Shown here: positions 62,253-64,000 of the stretch, piece by piece
Position numbering within the stretch: the first letter of the stretch is position 1
How the letters are laid out: each line of letters opens with the position of its first letter
Source: Fidelibacterota bacterium
Lineage (GTDB): Bacteria > Fidelibacterota > UBA2242
Assembly: GCA_016782645.1 (NCBI GenBank)
Contig: JADHYC010000004.1
Coordinates: 612-64,611, forward strand
DNA: 64,000 nucleotides
Direction: 5' to 3'
Position numbers and translations under genes: made by a program
Notes under the pieces: model-generated
The model's database searches: none
Told to the model about the DNA's origin: nothing
The model's input: the letters and a program-made list of their open reading frames with translations, nothing else

Positions 62253-62638
62253 AATCTTCCCTATTTTCAAAAGGAGTCTCTGCAGGGCGGTTTAATATAA
62301 TACGGGGTACCAACATCCCCAGCAGAGCAAAGTAAAAATGCTTTTTATACTGGAAAACGATTCCCAGAAATTTTTTTATATTTTTTTCAGACTTCTATTA
62401 AGCGATTTCTCCAACCACACAACTCATCATGTAGAATGGAATACGGGTTTAAATTTAACGATTTTCTACTTGGTACGGATATCTCACTAATTTACCTGAA
62501 AGCCAGGGAAGATAAACCGGTAATAAAAAGAGAGTGTTGATTCCTATAAAAGCGACCAATTTCATATAACGGTTCTGTGTATAAGCCGTTACGCAGCTAT
62601 GGATTATACACATTGTTGTAGCCAGTTTAATTAAGCTA

Positions 62639-63184
62639 TTATTGTATCTTTTTTATAGTCACAACAATCCAATCCCCCTCTAATACCATTTTTGTAGTAC
62701 AACCATAATCTTTTGAAATTTGTTCATGGGATCCATTCATCATTTGAAACAATTCATCAGATGTAACTCCCCATCGCCCCTCGTACCCCATGTTCTTAAA
62801 ATAAGAACCCGAAGGAATCTTAAAGATCAGCAAACTGTCTGATTCTTTTTCAATTACACTTTTCGAATCAGATTCTTTTATGAATTTAGACCAACTATTC
62901 AAGAGCCTTTGGGCATAGTTTTTAAAACTAGCTGCACTGCCACTTGATGCTCTTTTCGATGCTCTTGACTCTGCAAATAATTTTCCATAAAACGCCCCAT
63001 ATTCATAAGGGGATACATTATGGCTTTTAGCGAAACGGATTCCTGGTATAAGGTGACTCCAGAAACTATTGACCATACTATTATGTTTCTGTTCAACAGA
63101 ATATTCAGGGATCGTAAACATTTCTTGACATAGGACGGTTGCTGAAAATGAAATACAAATTGTTAATAAAATGAGTTTCTTCAT
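62639..63184 (-). CDS. secreted hypothetical protein (element cargo)
   Basis: Signal peptide MKKLILLTICISFSATVLCQ. AAAGGA RBS. Confidence 0.55.
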   Translation of the reverse strand: MKKLILLTICISFSATVLCQEMFTIPEYSVEQKHNSMVNSFWSHLIPGIRFAKSHNVSPYEYGAFYGKLFAESRASKRASSGSAASFKNYAQRLLNSWSKFIKESDSKSVIEKESDSLLIFKIPSGSYFKNMGYEGRWGVTSDELFQMMNGSHEQISKDYGCTTKMVLEGDWIVVTIKKIQ

Positions 63185-63428
63185 CGTTGTGATCCTTTTA
63201 AGGTTTATGTGGTTTAGATATCAATTTTATCATGTAGTTTTTAAATTGGCTACAACGGTTGGGGGATATGGGAAGTTCGTCCAGTCAGGGCGAATTTGTG
63301 TGAAAGACCCGCAGGGTCGTGAACCCCATATCCCCCTGTTGTGCGACCGTTGTTTGGCGTTTTTGTTAATTATCATTTATCATACAAATATATATATTTG
63401 TTTAAGATTGAGCATTATTCTTCCATTG

Positions 63429-63635
63429 TTACCATATGACCCCAAGAGCTGCCAAGATTCCTAAAATGATGAGAATTACCCCTACAACCACGTAAAACCC
63501 ATGTACCTTCTCACCCCAAAGCATCTTTGACCGAGCAACCATAAGCCGATAAACAATAAAATTGCTTTTTAACAGGGCAGAGACTAACATAAACAAACCT
63601 ATTGCAATAAATGCTAATCCCCATATTGACTCCAT
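63429..63635 (-). CDS. small two-TM membrane protein (holin-like size), hypothetical
   Basis: 68 aa. Strong RBS AAGGAGGTG 8 nt upstream. Two hydrophobic helices. Confidence 0.55.
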   Translation of the reverse strand: MESIWGLAFIAIGLFMLVSALLKSNFIVYRLMVARSKMLWGEKVHGFYVVVGVILIILGILAALGVIW

Positions 63636-64000
63636 ATTCTATTCACCTCCTTTTTCATTTATTGTAAGTAGTGACGAAATATCTAGCCACCTACCTTTTT
63701 ACCCTTTAAAGTTACATTTTTCGATGACATCTTTATCGCACAGTATACACATCTACAAATGAATATAAATATATTATGGAAATGCTTAGCCAAACAATGT
63801 CGTACAACGTTAGTGTAAACGCCATATTGCGTGTATTTTTACTATATCTGTTCTAATAATGGCACATATACTCCATATTTGGGAGGATATGTACCATAAT
63901 CTCATTATTGATAAATTTATTTTATTCATTTGTAGCAAGTTTTAAACTGTCTATTGGACTTTTTATTTTATTAAATGCACTTTTAGTAATATGTGTATAA

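Larger units (their letters stand above)
56633..64000. mobile_element. integrated element at the 3' end of tRNA-Phe (integrase, Xis-like HTH, primase-helicase, iteron ori, cargo); right end beyond window
   Basis: Canonical tRNA-integrase junction. Phased repeats next to the tRNA. Replication module with iterons. Recurrent TGTGTATA motif in the element's intergenic regions. No attR found inside the window. Confidence 0.7.

Noticed and set aside
62089-62316. 75-aa minus-strand ORF
   Set aside because: No RBS. Overlaps a plus-strand ORF that has a strong Shine-Dalgarno.
63171-63464. 97-aa plus-strand ORF over the structured element
   Set aside because: Its reading frame runs through the GC-rich hairpin arms. 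No RBS. Conflicts with better-supported minus-strand genes on both sides.
56560-64000. attR, a direct repeat of the tRNA-Phe 3' end inside the window
   Set aside because: No second copy of the TCCCGAGCC-containing tRNA 3' segment was seen between 56.7 and 64 kb. The right boundary is probably outside the window.
1-64000. CRISPR arrays, rRNA, IS elements
   Set aside because: No regularly spaced 25-40-nt direct repeats, no rRNA-like conserved segments, and no transposase-like ORFs with terminal inverted repeats were found. The only tRNA is Phe.

Overview
This 64-kb window is low-GC (about 35%) chromosomal DNA from a Gram-negative bacterium with sigma70-type promoters, many lipoproteins and a Por/FlgD-Ig-like C-terminal sorting domain. 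Placing it in Ignavibacteria or Bacteroidota is inference only. TGA is a normal stop codon here (for example, aspS ends in TGA).

Bases 1-56,500 are core genome. They hold housekeeping genes (aspS, phoH, gpmI, acyl-CoA dehydrogenase, tldD-pmbA, etfBA, plsX, comM, birA, coaX, mrp, ogt), several peptidases (S9, S46, M28, penicillin acylase) and glycosidases (GH20, a GH15-like enzyme). They also hold a five-gene cluster of paralogous LPP20-fold secreted lipoproteins that is divergent from a 1669-aa secreted protein built of six lamin-tail-domain (LTD) modules.

A tRNA-Phe(GAA) at 56560..56632 marks the insertion point of an integrated mobile element that runs past the window end. It carries a tyrosine integrase, an excisionase-family HTH gene, a 680-bp repeat-rich control region, a primase/SF3-helicase replication gene and an iteron array (GTGTCCA, 8 copies) immediately after it, plus cargo ORFs. 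This resembles a P4/PICI-like satellite or a small integrative element.

Other points: an S9 peptidase gene interrupted by a single in-frame TGA, a PTS-EIIA(Ntr)-like gene coupled to a cation:proton antiporter, a 105-nt strongly structured element inside the island, and a near-consensus sigma70 promoter driving the LTD giant. No rRNA or CRISPR array was seen.
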